DNA of 64,000 nucleotides from Blepharisma stoltei ATCC 30299. Lineage: Eukaryota > Protista > Ciliophora. The first letter of the stretch is position 1. The number at the start of each line of letters is the position of its first letter. The DNA is taken from NCBI GenBank assembly GCA_965603825.1, contig CBFDEM010000047.1:558001-622000 (forward strand). The letters are read 5' to 3'. Both the position numbers and the translations under genes were made by a program. The notes under the pieces were generated by a model, which ran no database searches, had not been told where the DNA came from, and worked only from the letters and a program-made list of their open reading frames with translations. Of this stretch, positions 42,057-54,899 are shown one piece after another.

Positions 42057-43454
42057 TTAATTATGTTTGTCATTGTCCGCTTCATGGCTCCATGAAACAT
42101 ATGGATTTGGCTCTAAAACTGGTTGCTCAAGCCATTTTCTCAAGAAAAACAAGGAAATAGCCCCGACTAGCGCAATTGAAGAAATTACGAGCCAAACCAT
42201 CCAGCATCGATTTTCCCCATCTTCTGGGCAATATTCGCCAAGCAGTAGTCCACTTGAAAGTCCTGCAATCAAGCTACCAACTGTAAGTGGGAAGCTTGAA
42301 AGCAGAAAATATGAGCCCTCTCTCCCAGGAACAGCTTGCTCCAATGTATACTCGATAAGCCTTGGAAAACTAATACTATCTCCTATAGATAAAATAAAAG
42401 CAAAAGTCAGAATTGTAAAATAATTTCCCCCAAAAATAAGTGCCAATGGAGATATAGCACATAAAGATCCACCTATAATTAGGATTGTGTATTTATCATA
42501 ATAATAAACCATAACTGTCATAATTGGAGTAAAAATTATCGTCATTAGTTGGATAGAGCCTATGACATAGGCAAATTGTGAGTCGTTGCCTAGATCCCTT
42601 TCCATATACAAAGGAAGAGTATACAGGACGTGAACATAAACAGTCCTCGTCAAAGAAATACAAAATGCTACTCCCATCAGTCTTCAAAATGACTTATAGC
42701 TAAATGCAGCCTTAAAAGCTTGCCATTTCGTTTCTCTTTTTGTATCAATATCAAGTTCTTCCTCTCCCCTCATATTAAAATCCAGCTCCCTCAATAAAAT
42801 CGACAGAGCAAAGCCAAGTCCCATAAGACTTGCTGCAATCAAAAACAGAACAAAATAAGTATCTTCATCCTCATCATCGCCAAAATTAAAGCTAATTCCT
42901 ACAATAATTGAAGCGATTCCTACACAGAGTGACATAAACACTGTAAACATTGAGTAAGCAATACTTCGAGAGCGGTGACTTGTATATTTTTTTATTCCTA
43001 ATTTAACTGATGCATTGTTAATACTCCATGTAATAGTCAATATAAATAGCAGCACACACAAGCGAACTGCTGTGCTTGAAACAATTATTAATAGTGTATA
43101 TGAGGCTATTCCTGCACCATTTGTCAAAAGCATTGAGATCCTTACCCCAAGTCTATCAATAAGTCAACCCAAGGCTAAAGCGTAGAAGCATACAATAAGT
43201 GATTGGCTAAATGCATAAAATGCATATTCTGTATCAGAAAAGTCAAGGATCTCAGTTACATAAATAGAGTTAGCAACTACACCTATGCTAAACCCACTGA
43301 ACCCAACAAGCTTAACAATATATAAAATCCACAAATCCTTTGGTGATTCTCAAAGCCATGAAAAACTCTTTTTGTAGGTCTCATAAGGGTTAAGCTCTAC
43401 ATATTCATCAGCTTTAGAAGTATTTGAATCAAGGTCTTTATATCCGTTTTCCAT
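42057..43454 (-). CDS. Major facilitator superfamily transporter (~465 aa; 3 TGA=Trp)
   Basis: MFS motif A G-W-LIDRLGVR; about 12 hydrophobic segments; SIGDSISFPRL and GREGSY; one frame from ATG 43454. Confidence 0.88.
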
Positions 43455-43754
43455 TGCTGAGTAAATAAGTATATATTATAATTTTTTTGCAAGTGGCTTA
43501 CTTAGTTTAAAAGTTTTTTTATTTCAAATTGTTCCTCTTGACGCTTTTTTCTCTTGATTTCCTATGCTTTTTTATAGATTATTATGTTCATATTAGGTCG
43601 TGGATATCTCAGTTTGTTAAAATAGGACTTTTATTATGATTAGTATTTTATTGAGCAATAAAAAATTAATTTCAACATCATAATCAACAATTTGTTATTC
43701 TATATGATTATATTAATTAACTGAATTTAATAAAAGATACTGCTTGAGGTTTTT

Positions 43755-45185
43755 TTAATGAAGAGAAAGGACTTTCAACGAGTTTAGCCTTAATAGTTGT
43801 GAATTGTCAGGCTCAATTTTTTGGGTCAAGCTCTTTTTCATACTTCTTATCTTGATTTCATTTAGCACAAGCTCGGATGCAGTTGGACTAATATTGACTG
43901 TAGGGAGCCTGCTATTTTTCTTCTTGCTTTTTGATCTTTTCCTTCTTACATTTGGCTTGGTTTTGATTTTAAAGTTGAAAAATTCCTTCTTTCTAAGTTT
44001 GGGAATTTTTAAAACTAAATTGTTAGACGCTAGCGTAGAATAGTCTTCTAAATGAGTTTCTGATTTTACCTTCTGCAAACTTATTTTGCTATTTACTTTT
44101 GGTGCTAAGTAATCTTCATACAGTCCTCTTTTTCTCATTTTTGCTCGAAGATCTGGGTATTTACTTAATTCTTCAAAAAGGGCTGATTTCTTTTTTGCTT
44201 CGAGTCTTCTTACATTTTGGATTAATTCTTGGTTTATTTTTCTTTCAGACTTAGGAGTATCTGGGCTTATTTCTTTAGATAAAGCTTCTTTTCTGACCTC
44301 TTCTGAGTAATAATTATTATTAGGGGTGTCAGTTCTTTTAAATTCATTTGGATGCAGTATTTTTATTGGAATATTTAAATTACTTTCTCTATTCCTTAAA
44401 TGGCCTCTTTTACTTATGTATCGATTTTCTTCAATTTTATCAACAGCAAGCGAGTCATCATAGCTAGCTAAATCACACTCTAAAGCATATTTCGTTTGCT
44501 TTTTCAAAGGGATCGTCCATAAATCTGAAGGAGACTGAATTTTTTGGTTTAAACAAACCTCTGGCTTGGCTATTTGGATATTTCTCGCATATGCAAGTCA
44601 AACAACTTTCTCAATATCCTCGATAAACTCCAATTCTAAAATCATGACTCTCTTAAACTCTCTTTTCTCAACCAAAGTTAATATAGTCAACGCAAAATCA
44701 CAAACAATGTTAAAAATTTGAGGATCATTTTCTCTTGTCACTTTTCCTGATATTTCTTTACTCAGCAAACTTGCATATCCTTGCTGCGTGTACTCAATTC
44801 TAAAATTATATTTGACTTCATAGATATCAGCACTCGGCCTTGCAGGCTGGATATAATTCAAAGTTTGTATTGTGGTTAATCCAGATATCATATCCTTTAA
44901 GTCCTTTTCATATATTTTCCTCCTTTCATTTTTTGATATAAAATAACATATAAGTGATCCAGAATTTTTCACTTGCCGCCGTCATAGGAATTCTTTGTGC
45001 ACTTTCCCAAAGAAATCTAGAAGAGATTGGGATTGCTGAAATGAAACGCTTAGTCCATAATTATTGTCTTTAAAATGAAGAGCTGAAAGTTTTGAGTCAG
45101 CAACCAAAATCGTTTCGAGGATATTTAAGTTTGTGGAACTGCTTGATAAAAGCTTAAGCAGCCAATTATAAGACCTTTTTTCCAT
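43755..45185 (-). CDS. Hypothetical protein (~476 aa; 2 TGA=Trp)
   Basis: Three track ORFs in one frame, joined through TGA 44982 and 44598. Confidence 0.75.
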
Positions 45186-45640
45186 AATATTTATTATCAG
45201 CTTTCCATTAAAAATCCAGTATTGGATTTGGATCTTTTATCAAAATTTAAATTTATATTTTGGTGCAAGAGAAGATCAATACTTAAATTAATAGAAAAAT
45301 TTTAAGGGATCAAGATGTCATAAACCTTTAAGAAAGTATTGGTTAGAAAGCGATAATAAGCTAAAGAATTTAAAGTTTCTAGAACTGAGATTGCAGGGAT
45401 ATGATTGTTAGAATAAACTAGAAACTTCTATTCTTGCTAAACCATTAATGCCAAAATATAGGAAAAATAATAAGTTCAAAGAAATTGAAGAAAAATAAAA
45501 AATATGATAAAAAGCAGAAAGTGTTCGAACGCTTTACAAATTATTTATAGAATTTGATAAATTTTAGTGATTATGAATATGCATAAATATTTAAATTAAA
45601 GTTATTACCACTTCAATTAAGTATTATTGTTTAAAATTTC

Positions 45641-47689
45641 CTATATTTTCAAATTTTGCACTCTATCTATTTTCATCTGAATTTTTGTTGCATATTCATG
45701 ATTTTCTCCATAAAAATCAACATAAATTTTACTTCCCTTTCCATAATTTATTAATGCATTGTTTGTATCTCCTTTCATTTCATATGTTTCCCCAAGCCGA
45801 ATTAATTCACCAGCGTAGCAATCTACAATATCGCGGCTGTTATCGTAGCATTCCTTGTAAACATTAATCGATTTATTGTGAAATTCAATTGCTTGATCCC
45901 AATTACGTAAATTTTGGTAATCAAAGGCAAGATTACTATAAGACTGACCTACTCTAAAGCTATTTTCTTCAAAAACAGCTCTGTTTATATCAAGAGCAGC
46001 TTTATGCTCTATTATTGCTTCTTCAATGTTCCCTATCCTCTGGCACGCATTTCCTAATAAATCAATATAAGCAGAAGTATTTGGATGATCTCTTCCTAAT
46101 GATTTTAAATTTAAACTAATAGCTTTTTTATATTCATCAACAGCTTCTGATAATTTACCCCATTTTTCATAAATAAGTCCAATTTTTGAATGGATATCCG
46201 CAATAGTAAAATGAGATTCTCCAAGGTTTTTTGCTTTGAACTTAAGGACCTTTTCATAAACCGCAAATGATTCTGAATATTTTCCTTGGTCTCTATATAA
46301 TAGTCCTAATGTTGAATAATAAAATTCTAAAAGAGACTCGTCTTCAATCAATTTTTCTTCTAAAATTTGTTTAGCCTCCGTCATATGAGATTCAGCTGCT
46401 ATGAGCTCGCCTTTAGCATGACAATAGGATCCAAGCGTCACTAATGAAGAAGCTATTTCATTGTAGTCAAATTCTAAAGCTCATTGCAAGTCTATGACTT
46501 TTTGACAGTATTCTATAGCTCTTTCGTAATCTTTTCTATCAGAGGCATCCTTTGATAAATTTCTATAGCAGATTACCATTTTTTCTGTTTTTGAATTTTG
46601 ATGAGCTTGTAATATTTTTAAAGATTTTTCAAACCAATATTTGCATGACTCTGTATCTCCAATTGACTTAAGGTCATTTCCTGAAAGGTTATATATAAAA
46701 GCCATATAAATGCTATTATCCCATCCAAGTTCATTTACAATTTTTTCTTCTTCTTTTATGTTTTCGTCAAATTTTTTCATTTTTTTCATTTTTTGATAGA
46801 GAAATCCATAATTCTTATAAGGGTCTTTCAGACTTTCATCAGGCTTTCCTAGGGTTTTTCTTATGTTCTCAATAAACTCCAAATTTGGTTTATTCTCTTG
46901 AAATCGTCCAAAATAAGAATAAGTCAATTCTAAATGGTTGTCCATTTCTTCAATTTTATTCGAAATCTGTCATGAAATACGTTCAAAAATTTTTCTTGCA
47001 GTTTTGAAGCTATTAATAGATCTATTTTTTTTGAATTTCAACCCAGACACATGCCCATGAAGAATGAAATAGCATCCGACATCCTCATCACAGCTTTCAG
47101 CTTTTGTTTCCATAAAGGGTAAAGCCAATTGCAAATGCTCATATGCCTTATCAATATTTTTTTCATGCATGTATAGTTTTGCTATGTTATAAAGTGTAAC
47201 AGAGACTTCTTTGCTGTTATTTCCGAATCTTTCTTTTGATATGTTTAGTGATTTTTGGAAATATTCAATAGCATTCTCTATATTCTCTATATTTTCTAGA
47301 TTTCCGTAAGTATGGGCTAAATTTATATAGCTATTTCTTAGGTAGATAAGATCAGTTTCTCGATAATTTTCAATAATTTTAATTGCTTTTTCAAAAAAAC
47401 TAACTGATGTAGATAAATCGCCTCATTCTCGATATGCAGTCCCCAGCTCGCTGTAAGGAATAACTAAGTATGGACTATTTTCGCCTCATTTTCCTTCCAT
47501 CTTAGAAGTTTTAAGTTGAAGTTCTTCTACGATAGAACCAAAATCAGTATGAAAATATCTTATAGGATTAAAAGAAATAAGCCTATTTTGAAATGCTAAA
47601 TGAGATTGAATTCGGAAATGATAAGAAACTCTTGAGGTGGATTTTGAGGCTAATATTCTTCCTAATCTGCACAAAGATCTGAAAGCCAT
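45641..47689 (-). CDS. TPR protein (kinesin-light-chain-like repeats) with mitochondrial-type presequence, tandem copy 1 (~682 aa; 4 TGA=Trp)
   Basis: Four track ORFs in one frame; repeats such as LGESHFTIA, LGRDHPNTS and YGENHEYA; Arg/Ser-rich N-terminus. Confidence 0.85.
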
Positions 47690-48327
47690 TTTAGAATTAT
47701 AGCTGTGAATGGTTATTTAATATTAATCGAATTTACCTCTAAACTATCAACTTTTTTATATTCCTACTTTAGTAATGAGAATGCTTATAGATCGTTTAAA
47801 ATATTCCACTTGCTCTTGAGAAATAATATTTCTAAATTAAATCTATAATTTAAAATAATTGATAATATAAAAAAATTATATAGTAAAACAGCATTAGTGT
47901 TGATTTAAGATAAGCAGTTTAAGCTTTTAGTAACTTACTAATGCAATGTAGCAGCATCTGTGATTAGCTTAAATTCTCTCTATTTCCTGCCTTGATCCAA
48001 ATACCAAGAAAATATAGGCTAAGACTGTGTTTAATAGTAAGGCAGTTATCTAGCTTCTTCATATTGAAGAATTTCGAGAGCGAGGCACTCGAAAGAACTA
48101 GCAGCTAGCAGCTTATCTGAAATTTAGCCAGTGCTGCAAGCTGTTACGTCTCACTTAAATTGAGTCATTCATTTTTCGAAAATGACAGTTGAAATACTAA
48201 AATTATAAATTATATAGGACTGAAAAAAAGATAATCACAAGACAGGATATTTATGTTAAAGTTAAGTGAATTGATTTATGGCATTTTCCTATTTCTAAAA
48301 GCTTTATTTTTAAAAAATAAATATATT

Positions 48328-50355
48328 TTAAGTTGCTATAATACTATCAATTTTCGTCTGCATTTCTGCAACAAACTCATGATTTTCTCCATATGTGTCA
48401 TTATAGAAGTCTTTCACTTTTGTGTAACTCTGCACTGCATTGATATTATCACCTTTCGCTTCATATGTTTCCCCAAGACAATACAATTCACTTCCATAAT
48501 ATTGCTCAAAATCTCGATTGCTATCATAGCATTGCTTATAAATATTTATTGCTTTATTATGGAGTTGAATTGATTTGTCCCAATATTGCAAATCTCTGTG
48601 ATCTTTAGCAAGGCAGCTATAAATAAATCCAGTATTAAAATGATTTTCTCCAAATAAAGGAAGCCCTATCTCAAGAGCATCATTATGAGCTTCCATAGCC
48701 TCTTGAATTTTTCTAACAGTTCTATAAGCAGATCCTAATTGGCAGAGATATTGATAAGTTTTCAGATCGTCTCTTCCAAATACTTTTATATTTACATCGA
48801 TAGCTTTTTTATACGCTTCAATAGCTTCATGCATGCTATTTGATTTTTCATAGAGTTCCCCTATACTAGAATAAACCTCACAAAAAGACCCATGAAACTC
48901 ACCATAAGCCCTGCGCTTGATTTCAACCGCTTTTTGGAAAGTTTCAAGAGCTTCTGCATCTTTCTCTTGTGCTTTGTATAAAAACGCAAATGCTGTCAAG
49001 CAGAAGTCTCAAGCAGTTTCATCCTTAACTTTTTTATCTTCTAATAACTGTTTGGCTTCTATTAAATAAGACTCAGCTGTACTTAACTCCCCTTTAAAAA
49101 TGTAGTATTGGCCAAGTGCTGCTATAGAATTGGCGATTTCGCCAGGGCTAAATCCTGTAGCTCGTTTGATTTCTAAGGCTTTTTGGGCATATTCTATAGC
49201 TTTATCATTATCATTGCAATCGTAAGAATACATTGAAAAGTTTTGGTAACAAATTCCCATCTGTTCTGTGTTTTCTATTTCCAGGGTTTCAAATATTTCT
49301 AATGACTTATGAAGCCATTCCTTGCTTGCTTTTAAATCTCCTAAAAATTTAAAATCATATCCTACAAAATTATAGTATATTGCGAGAAGGTGTTTATTAT
49401 CTCCTTTAGTCTTTTTAACGACTTCTGCTCCTTCTTCTATAGTTTCTTTAGATTTTTTTAGGTTATTTATTCGTTTGTAAAGGTAGGCTAGATGCCTATA
49501 AAGCTCTATAAGACTCTCATCAAAAACTTTTAAAGTTTGCAAAGCATGGATAGCACGCTCAAAGGCGTCTATAGACTCATTCACCATTCCAAGTTTTAAA
49601 TATATAAATGCCATATTTCTGTCTATTCCAGCAAGTTCATTTGATATTGGCCCAAATGATCGCTCAATTATTTTTCTAGATGTACATAAGCAATCAATTG
49701 ACTCATTAACTTTATTTTTTAAAGCGAGTGCCTCGCCGCGCACCTGGAAATACAAACCTACCTGCGCATCATTACTATTAATATTTTTTTGCATGTAAGG
49801 TAAAGCTAGATCTAAGCATTCATTATATTTTTCATCGTCTTTATTAAGCTTATGAGCCACTGATAAATAATTTAGGGCTATAGCAATTTCCTTACTATTA
49901 TCTCCTTGCATTTCTTTGGCTAATTGTAATAATTTTTTAAAAATTTTGAGAGCTTTCTCTGCATCTTTTATCTCTAGATACATAAAACCTAGACCTATGT
50001 ATCTAGTTTTAAGGTTATCGAGATCTCTTTGTTGCTGTTTTTCAATTATTTTTATAGCGTTTTCAAAATATGTTGTTGCTATTATTGAGTCTCCCATGCC
50101 TATAAAGGCATTTCCAAGCTGATCATAGAGGCTTATTAGGCTTAAGCTATTATCTCCTTGCTCTTTCTCTAGCTGGGCTACTCTTACTTGAAGTGATTCA
50201 ATAGTATTGGATTGCGAAACAAAAAATCTTATTGGTCGAAAAGAGAGCATTCTCGCTTGACAAGACAGAAAGGACAAAGATTTGGTATGATGAGAAGCAC
50301 TACAATTGAGCCTGGAAGCTGCTCTTCCAAGTCTTCACAGCGACCTTAAGACCAT
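48328..50355 (-). CDS. TPR protein with mitochondrial-type presequence, tandem copy 2 (~675 aa; 2 TGA=Trp)
   Basis: Collinear paralogue of 45641-47689 (e.g. CYDSNRD / CYDNSRD, LGETYE.KGD, YGENHE); ATG 50355. Confidence 0.85.
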
Positions 50356-51210
50356 TTTCTTATTAAACTGTGTGAACAGAGATTTTTAATTTATGCAATT
50401 AAATGCAGTGTAATTAATTAAATATAAGTTTAATAGTTAGCTAATAAATTCATGAGACATTAGGCAGTTGAAGTATTTGAATTTATTTCAGTTATTGAAG
50501 AGTGAAAATTTTCTTTGATTCAGAAATGATCAGATAAACTGCATGCCCTTAATTTAAAATGTATCATAACTAATACTTATTCATATTAATTTCGAAATAA
50601 CTTTTTAAGTGCTTAGTGTCTAAAGTTCCTCTTAATATAGGAGACTTTTAAATTCTTGAAAATATTTTATTTACAAAAATTAGAAATAGCACTAAATATA
50701 GATTTTGTGAAGATCCATTTTCATATCAAAATGAGAAAATTAAGACCTAAATGCTTAATTGAGAGGGATATGCTAACACTCAGGCTTTCAAATTAGCTTA
50801 ATGAAAATACTCGTGGAATTTTGAGTATGCTCGTAAAGGTTTAAATGCTGAAATAAATTTAATTTAATTGTCATTTAATTGTATTTATAAGGCTTGGCTC
50901 AGAAATAAAATATAAAAAGACATTTAAATATTTTGATATTTTTGTTGCATAAGCTTACAATACTAACTAACTATTTTATATATCTGCGATATAAGTTTCA
51001 TATGAAGTGCAATGCTGAAACATTTGTTTTCAATACTAAATAATTTTCTGCATACTAAAATATATGAACAAAAGTCTGCCATATCCACCTATTTATAAAA
51101 GCAAAGCTATTTTTAAAATGTCTGCATAATAATTATTAAAATTTTGAAATTCCTTTATAAAATTTTATAGCTTAATATAATTATCAAAATATCTAAATAA
51201 TAAATATTTA

Positions 51211-51963
51211 ATGGCCACCTATCGTTTAGTTCTTGTTCGTCATGGAGAATCGACCTGGAACAAAGAAAATCGCTTTACAGGTTGGACTGATGTTCCACTG
51301 ACTCAACATGGAATAGACGAAGCTAGAGAAGGTGGTGAAATGCTCAGACGCCAAGGTTTAACCTTTGACGTCGTTCATACTTCAGTGCTTAAAAGAGCAA
51401 TCCAAACAATGAACATTGCCCTTTCAGAAATCGACCAAGAGTACTTACCAGTCCATAAGCATTGGAGATTAAATGAAAGACACTATGGAGGACTGCAAGG
51501 ACTCAATAAATCAGAGACTGCAGCTCTGCACGGAGAAGAACAAGTCTTGATATGGAGAAGATCTTATGATATCCCACCTCCAAGTCTTGAAGAAAGCGAT
51601 GAAAGACACCCAGGTAACGATAAAAGATATGGAAAGCTTCCTAAAGATTGTTTACCAAGAACTGAGTGCTTAAAAGACTGTATTCAAAGAGTGCTTCCTT
51701 ACTGGTATGACGCAATTGCCCCAGATATTTTAAGTGGGAAAAATGTATTGATTGTAGCCCACGGAAACTCTTTAAGGGGCTTAGTGAAGCATTTAGATAA
51801 TATGAGCGAAGAGGATATTTTGAAATTAAACATACCAACTGGGATCCCACTGGTCTATGAATTAAATGAAAGACTGCAGCCTATCAGGCACTACTATTTA
51901 GCTGACGAAGAAGAAGTTAGAAGAAGAATCGAAGCAGTCGCTAACCAAGGAAAAGCTAAGTAA
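51211..51963 (+). CDS. PGAM: 2,3-BPG-dependent phosphoglycerate mutase
   Basis: [37 protein letters not shown] and NIPTGIP. Confidence 0.98.
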   Translation: MATYRLVLVRHGESTWNKENRFTGWTDVPLTQHGIDEAREGGEMLRRQGLTFDVVHTSVLKRAIQTMNIALSEIDQEYLPVHKHWRLNERHYGGLQGLNKSETAALHGEEQVLIWRRSYDIPPPSLEESDERHPGNDKRYGKLPKDCLPRTECLKDCIQRVLPYWYDAIAPDILSGKNVLIVAHGNSLRGLVKHLDNMSEEDILKLNIPTGIPLVYELNERLQPIRHYYLADEEEVRRRIEAVANQGKAK

Positions 51964-51986
51964 ATTAATTAGAAAATAATTAAAAT

Positions 51987-53195
51987 ATGCTAAAATTTAC
52001 AAGAAGATGATTATTCTTTTCTAAAAGGCGGCCGACGATCCATGAAAGTGTGATTGGTCGCTCTCGTTTTCCCACACCAGAAGAAAGTGTTGAGTATCTT
52101 AAGGCGCGAGATAAAGACCAAGTTTATGACTATTTCGAAATGAAAAAAGCAGGAAGACTTGCCCCATCTGCCTATGACATGGAAAAAGAAGAAAAAGAAA
52201 ATGAAAAAGAAGCGAAAAGGGAGAAAAAAGAATATATACAAGAGCTGCAAAAGAAAGGAATGAAAATCGAGTATCATAGCTCCACAGATGAAGAAAAAGA
52301 GATAGAGGAGCTAATTAATAAAGATTATAAAGAAGGCTACAATGTGGAAGGAGAAGATGTTTATGGGAAAAAGGCGTATAATGATCCATTTGATAAAGAG
52401 CTGTTTGGGCCTAAGAAGTGAGATGAATATGTAAAAAAGAAAAAAGAGTTCGAGCCAATTAAACCTTCAGAGTGAATTGAAAATGTCAAGCCAGAATGGG
52501 AAGAACATATTGCCAGTTGGAATTTGGGGAGTGGAGAAGGAAATTTCAATGAAAATCAAGATGTATTAGAGAAATTAGAAAAAATGGCTGATGAAAAATT
52601 AAAAACTCAGAGAGAAAATTGTTCAGTTATCAGTGGAAATGCAGAAAAAAGCCAAAATATCGATGTATTAGGTGAACTAGAAAAAATGGCTGATTCAAAG
52701 AAAACATTTCATGACCAAAAATTGGGAAAAGACGCAGAAAATGATACTAGCCTTGATATTGAAGACTTACAGAATATTGCAGCAGATCCAAAACAGAAAA
52801 TATTTGAATTTGCAGCACTGTGGCTAAAAGACGTAGAAGAGATGCATAAAAAATTGCCAAAAAATGAGCAAAATCAAGTGCCTAATCTTGGATCATTTCT
52901 TGATATAGCAAGCTCTAATCAATTTTTCAAAAAGAAATTTATGATATCAGATGAAGATCTTTATAAAAAAGAAGCAGAAGAATTAGATGAAGACGAGGAT
53001 GAGTTTGAAAATAAATATAAAGAAGAAGAAGATAAACAGAAAGAGAAAGATGAAGATAAACAGAAAGAGAAAGAGAAAGATGATGATAAACAGAAAGAGA
53101 AAAAGAAAAAGAAAGATGCAGGCAAAGAGAAAGAGAAAGGTGAGCCAGTAGAAATTCTTCCTTTAAGAAAGAGTAAACCAAAAAGTAAAAAATAA
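51987..53195 (+). CDS. Charged low-complexity protein with mitochondrial-type presequence (~402 aa; 3 TGA=Trp)
   Basis: MLKFTRR-W-LFFSKRR start; one frame to TAA 53195; internal DVL..LEKMAD duplication. Confidence 0.75.
53031..53102 (+). repeat. Three copies of GATAAACAGAAAGAGAAA (DKQKEK) within the CDS
   Basis: Exact units at 53031, 53055 and 53085. Confidence 0.85.
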
Positions 53196-54404
53196 TTAAT
53201 TAAAATTTAAAATCTTTCAATTATAAACGCTATTGGCAATGCTAAAATATTGATTTTATAAGTTTTGCTTATTTTTCACTAATCAAGGCAAAATTGCTCA
53301 ACTTATTATTTGAGAAGAATTATATTTCTGGTGTGTTTCTATGAGATTTTTATATAAGAAAACAAAGCATTGGTTTCTGCCCTGGCTGCTCAATTCTTTG
53401 TTGCGACATTGTAATATATGATAAACCTAATAATAAATAGGAATAGAATTTACTTTGAAATTAAGCCAATTTATAAAATGGAACAGTCCTTGGATAAAGA
53501 AATCACTAATGTTAATATTTCTTCTTAAAGGTTTGAATAATCCTTGCACAAGCATGACTAATAAAATTTATTAATTTGACAAAAATAATCAGGATAAAGA
53601 TAAATCACTTAAATTTTAATGACTTCAAATTTCATTTCTGATTATAACAAATCAAAAAATTTGAATAGAAAATTCTAGTTTTAAAAACTTTCAAACTCTT
53701 TAAAAATATAAATTTATAATTCTTGAATATAATTAGATAGCATTTTTTTTAAATATATAAATAAAAGTCTGATGGATTATAAAAATTATCATGATAATAA
53801 ACTTCATTATAATTGCATTTTAATCAATCATAAATTATATTTATTAGATAGGCTGAAAGCACTAGTTTTTAAAAAGCCCTTGATGACCGAAAATTGGCTA
53901 TTTAAATCTCTAAGAATAATTAATATTTTTGTATTCTCTTTGTAGTAGCTAGCTTTTTTATATTTAAAGTGGCTGAAGTATGACCTGGAATATTTATAAT
54001 ATATGATTAAAGAGTCAGGCAACAAGAAAATGTATAAAATATCAAACAATCTTTGCAGAAAAAATTTATATAAATTATTCAGCAATTCTCAATATGTCCA
54101 TTAAGCCAATTCTTTTATTCTCAGAAAAAAAAAGTTAAAAAATAGCAGTAAATATTTATGATAATGGAATATTATATTAAGTAGACGAATTTCAAATTAA
54201 AATTTATTTTTAAGTAATTAACAAGTGCAGTTCAAAATTTATAAGATCATACATAATGTTCCAATAGTCTCAGAGGTAATCTCAGTTCAGATTTTTCTTG
54301 CACATTTTACTGTATATTAAATTAATATGGAAATCCTTGTCCTTATTCATTAGTCATACTAGTTACACTTTTGTTATAAATAAAGCTATTAGTAAAAATT
54401 TTTA

Positions 54405-54899
54405 TTAATCCTTCAATGGATTGCTGTATAAAATATCACTAGGTAACTGTACTAAACCTGAAGGGCCTGATATGAGTGGCAAGAAAACTTCCTGAAACTC
54501 GGTTTTTACATCAGGAATTGCTTGCCTATGCTCAAGTAAAGCAGGGTACAACCTTAAGCAATGAGAAAGTTTTAAGTAATACCTTCCTGTTAAATTTTCT
54601 TCCATCCTTGATGCATAACACTTTATCGCGACGTGTATCCTTTTATGGGCTGAAAGTTGACTTCCTTGCCTAAACTTCATCCCACAGCCAGGCTCTTTAC
54701 ATACATACGGTTTTTCACCCGAATGCGTAAATAAGTGCTCGTTTAAATTTTGTTTAGACGACAAAATTTTCTGGCAGTGGGGACATTGGTATTTTTTATC
54801 CTGCATATGTAAAGCCTCCATATGCCGGTCAAGATTAAATTTGTTCTTGTAAGCTCTATTGCAACCTTCAATAGGGCAATTAAAGGCCATGTCTTTCAT
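54405..54899 (-). CDS. Three-finger C2H2 zinc-finger protein (~164 aa)
   Basis: CPIEGC..H...H, CPHC..H...H, HSGEKPY linker, CKEPGC..H...H. Confidence 0.92.
   Translation of the reverse strand: MKDMAFNCPIEGCNRAYKNKFNLDRHMEALHMQDKKYQCPHCQKILSSKQNLNEHLFTHSGEKPYVCKEPGCGMKFRQGSQLSAHKRIHVAIKCYASRMEENLTGRYYLKLSHCLRLYPALLEHRQAIPDVKTEFQEVFLPLISGPSGLVQLPSDILYSNPLKD

Noticed and set aside
48253-48573. 106-aa plus-strand ORF
   Set aside because: Largely antisense to TPR copy 2, no independent support
25451-51963. GPI and PGAM as a glycolytic cluster
   Set aside because: 24 kb and many unrelated genes apart; compatible with chance
53361-53410. Hairpin AACAAAG/CTTTGTT followed by ACA (H/ACA-like)
   Set aside because: No pseudouridylation pocket and no convincing 5' hairpin
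53828-54085. 85-aa minus-strand ORF in the spacer
   Set aside because: TTG start, composition like AT-rich intergenic DNA (Y/F/I/K/L), and its TGA end would not be a stop in this code
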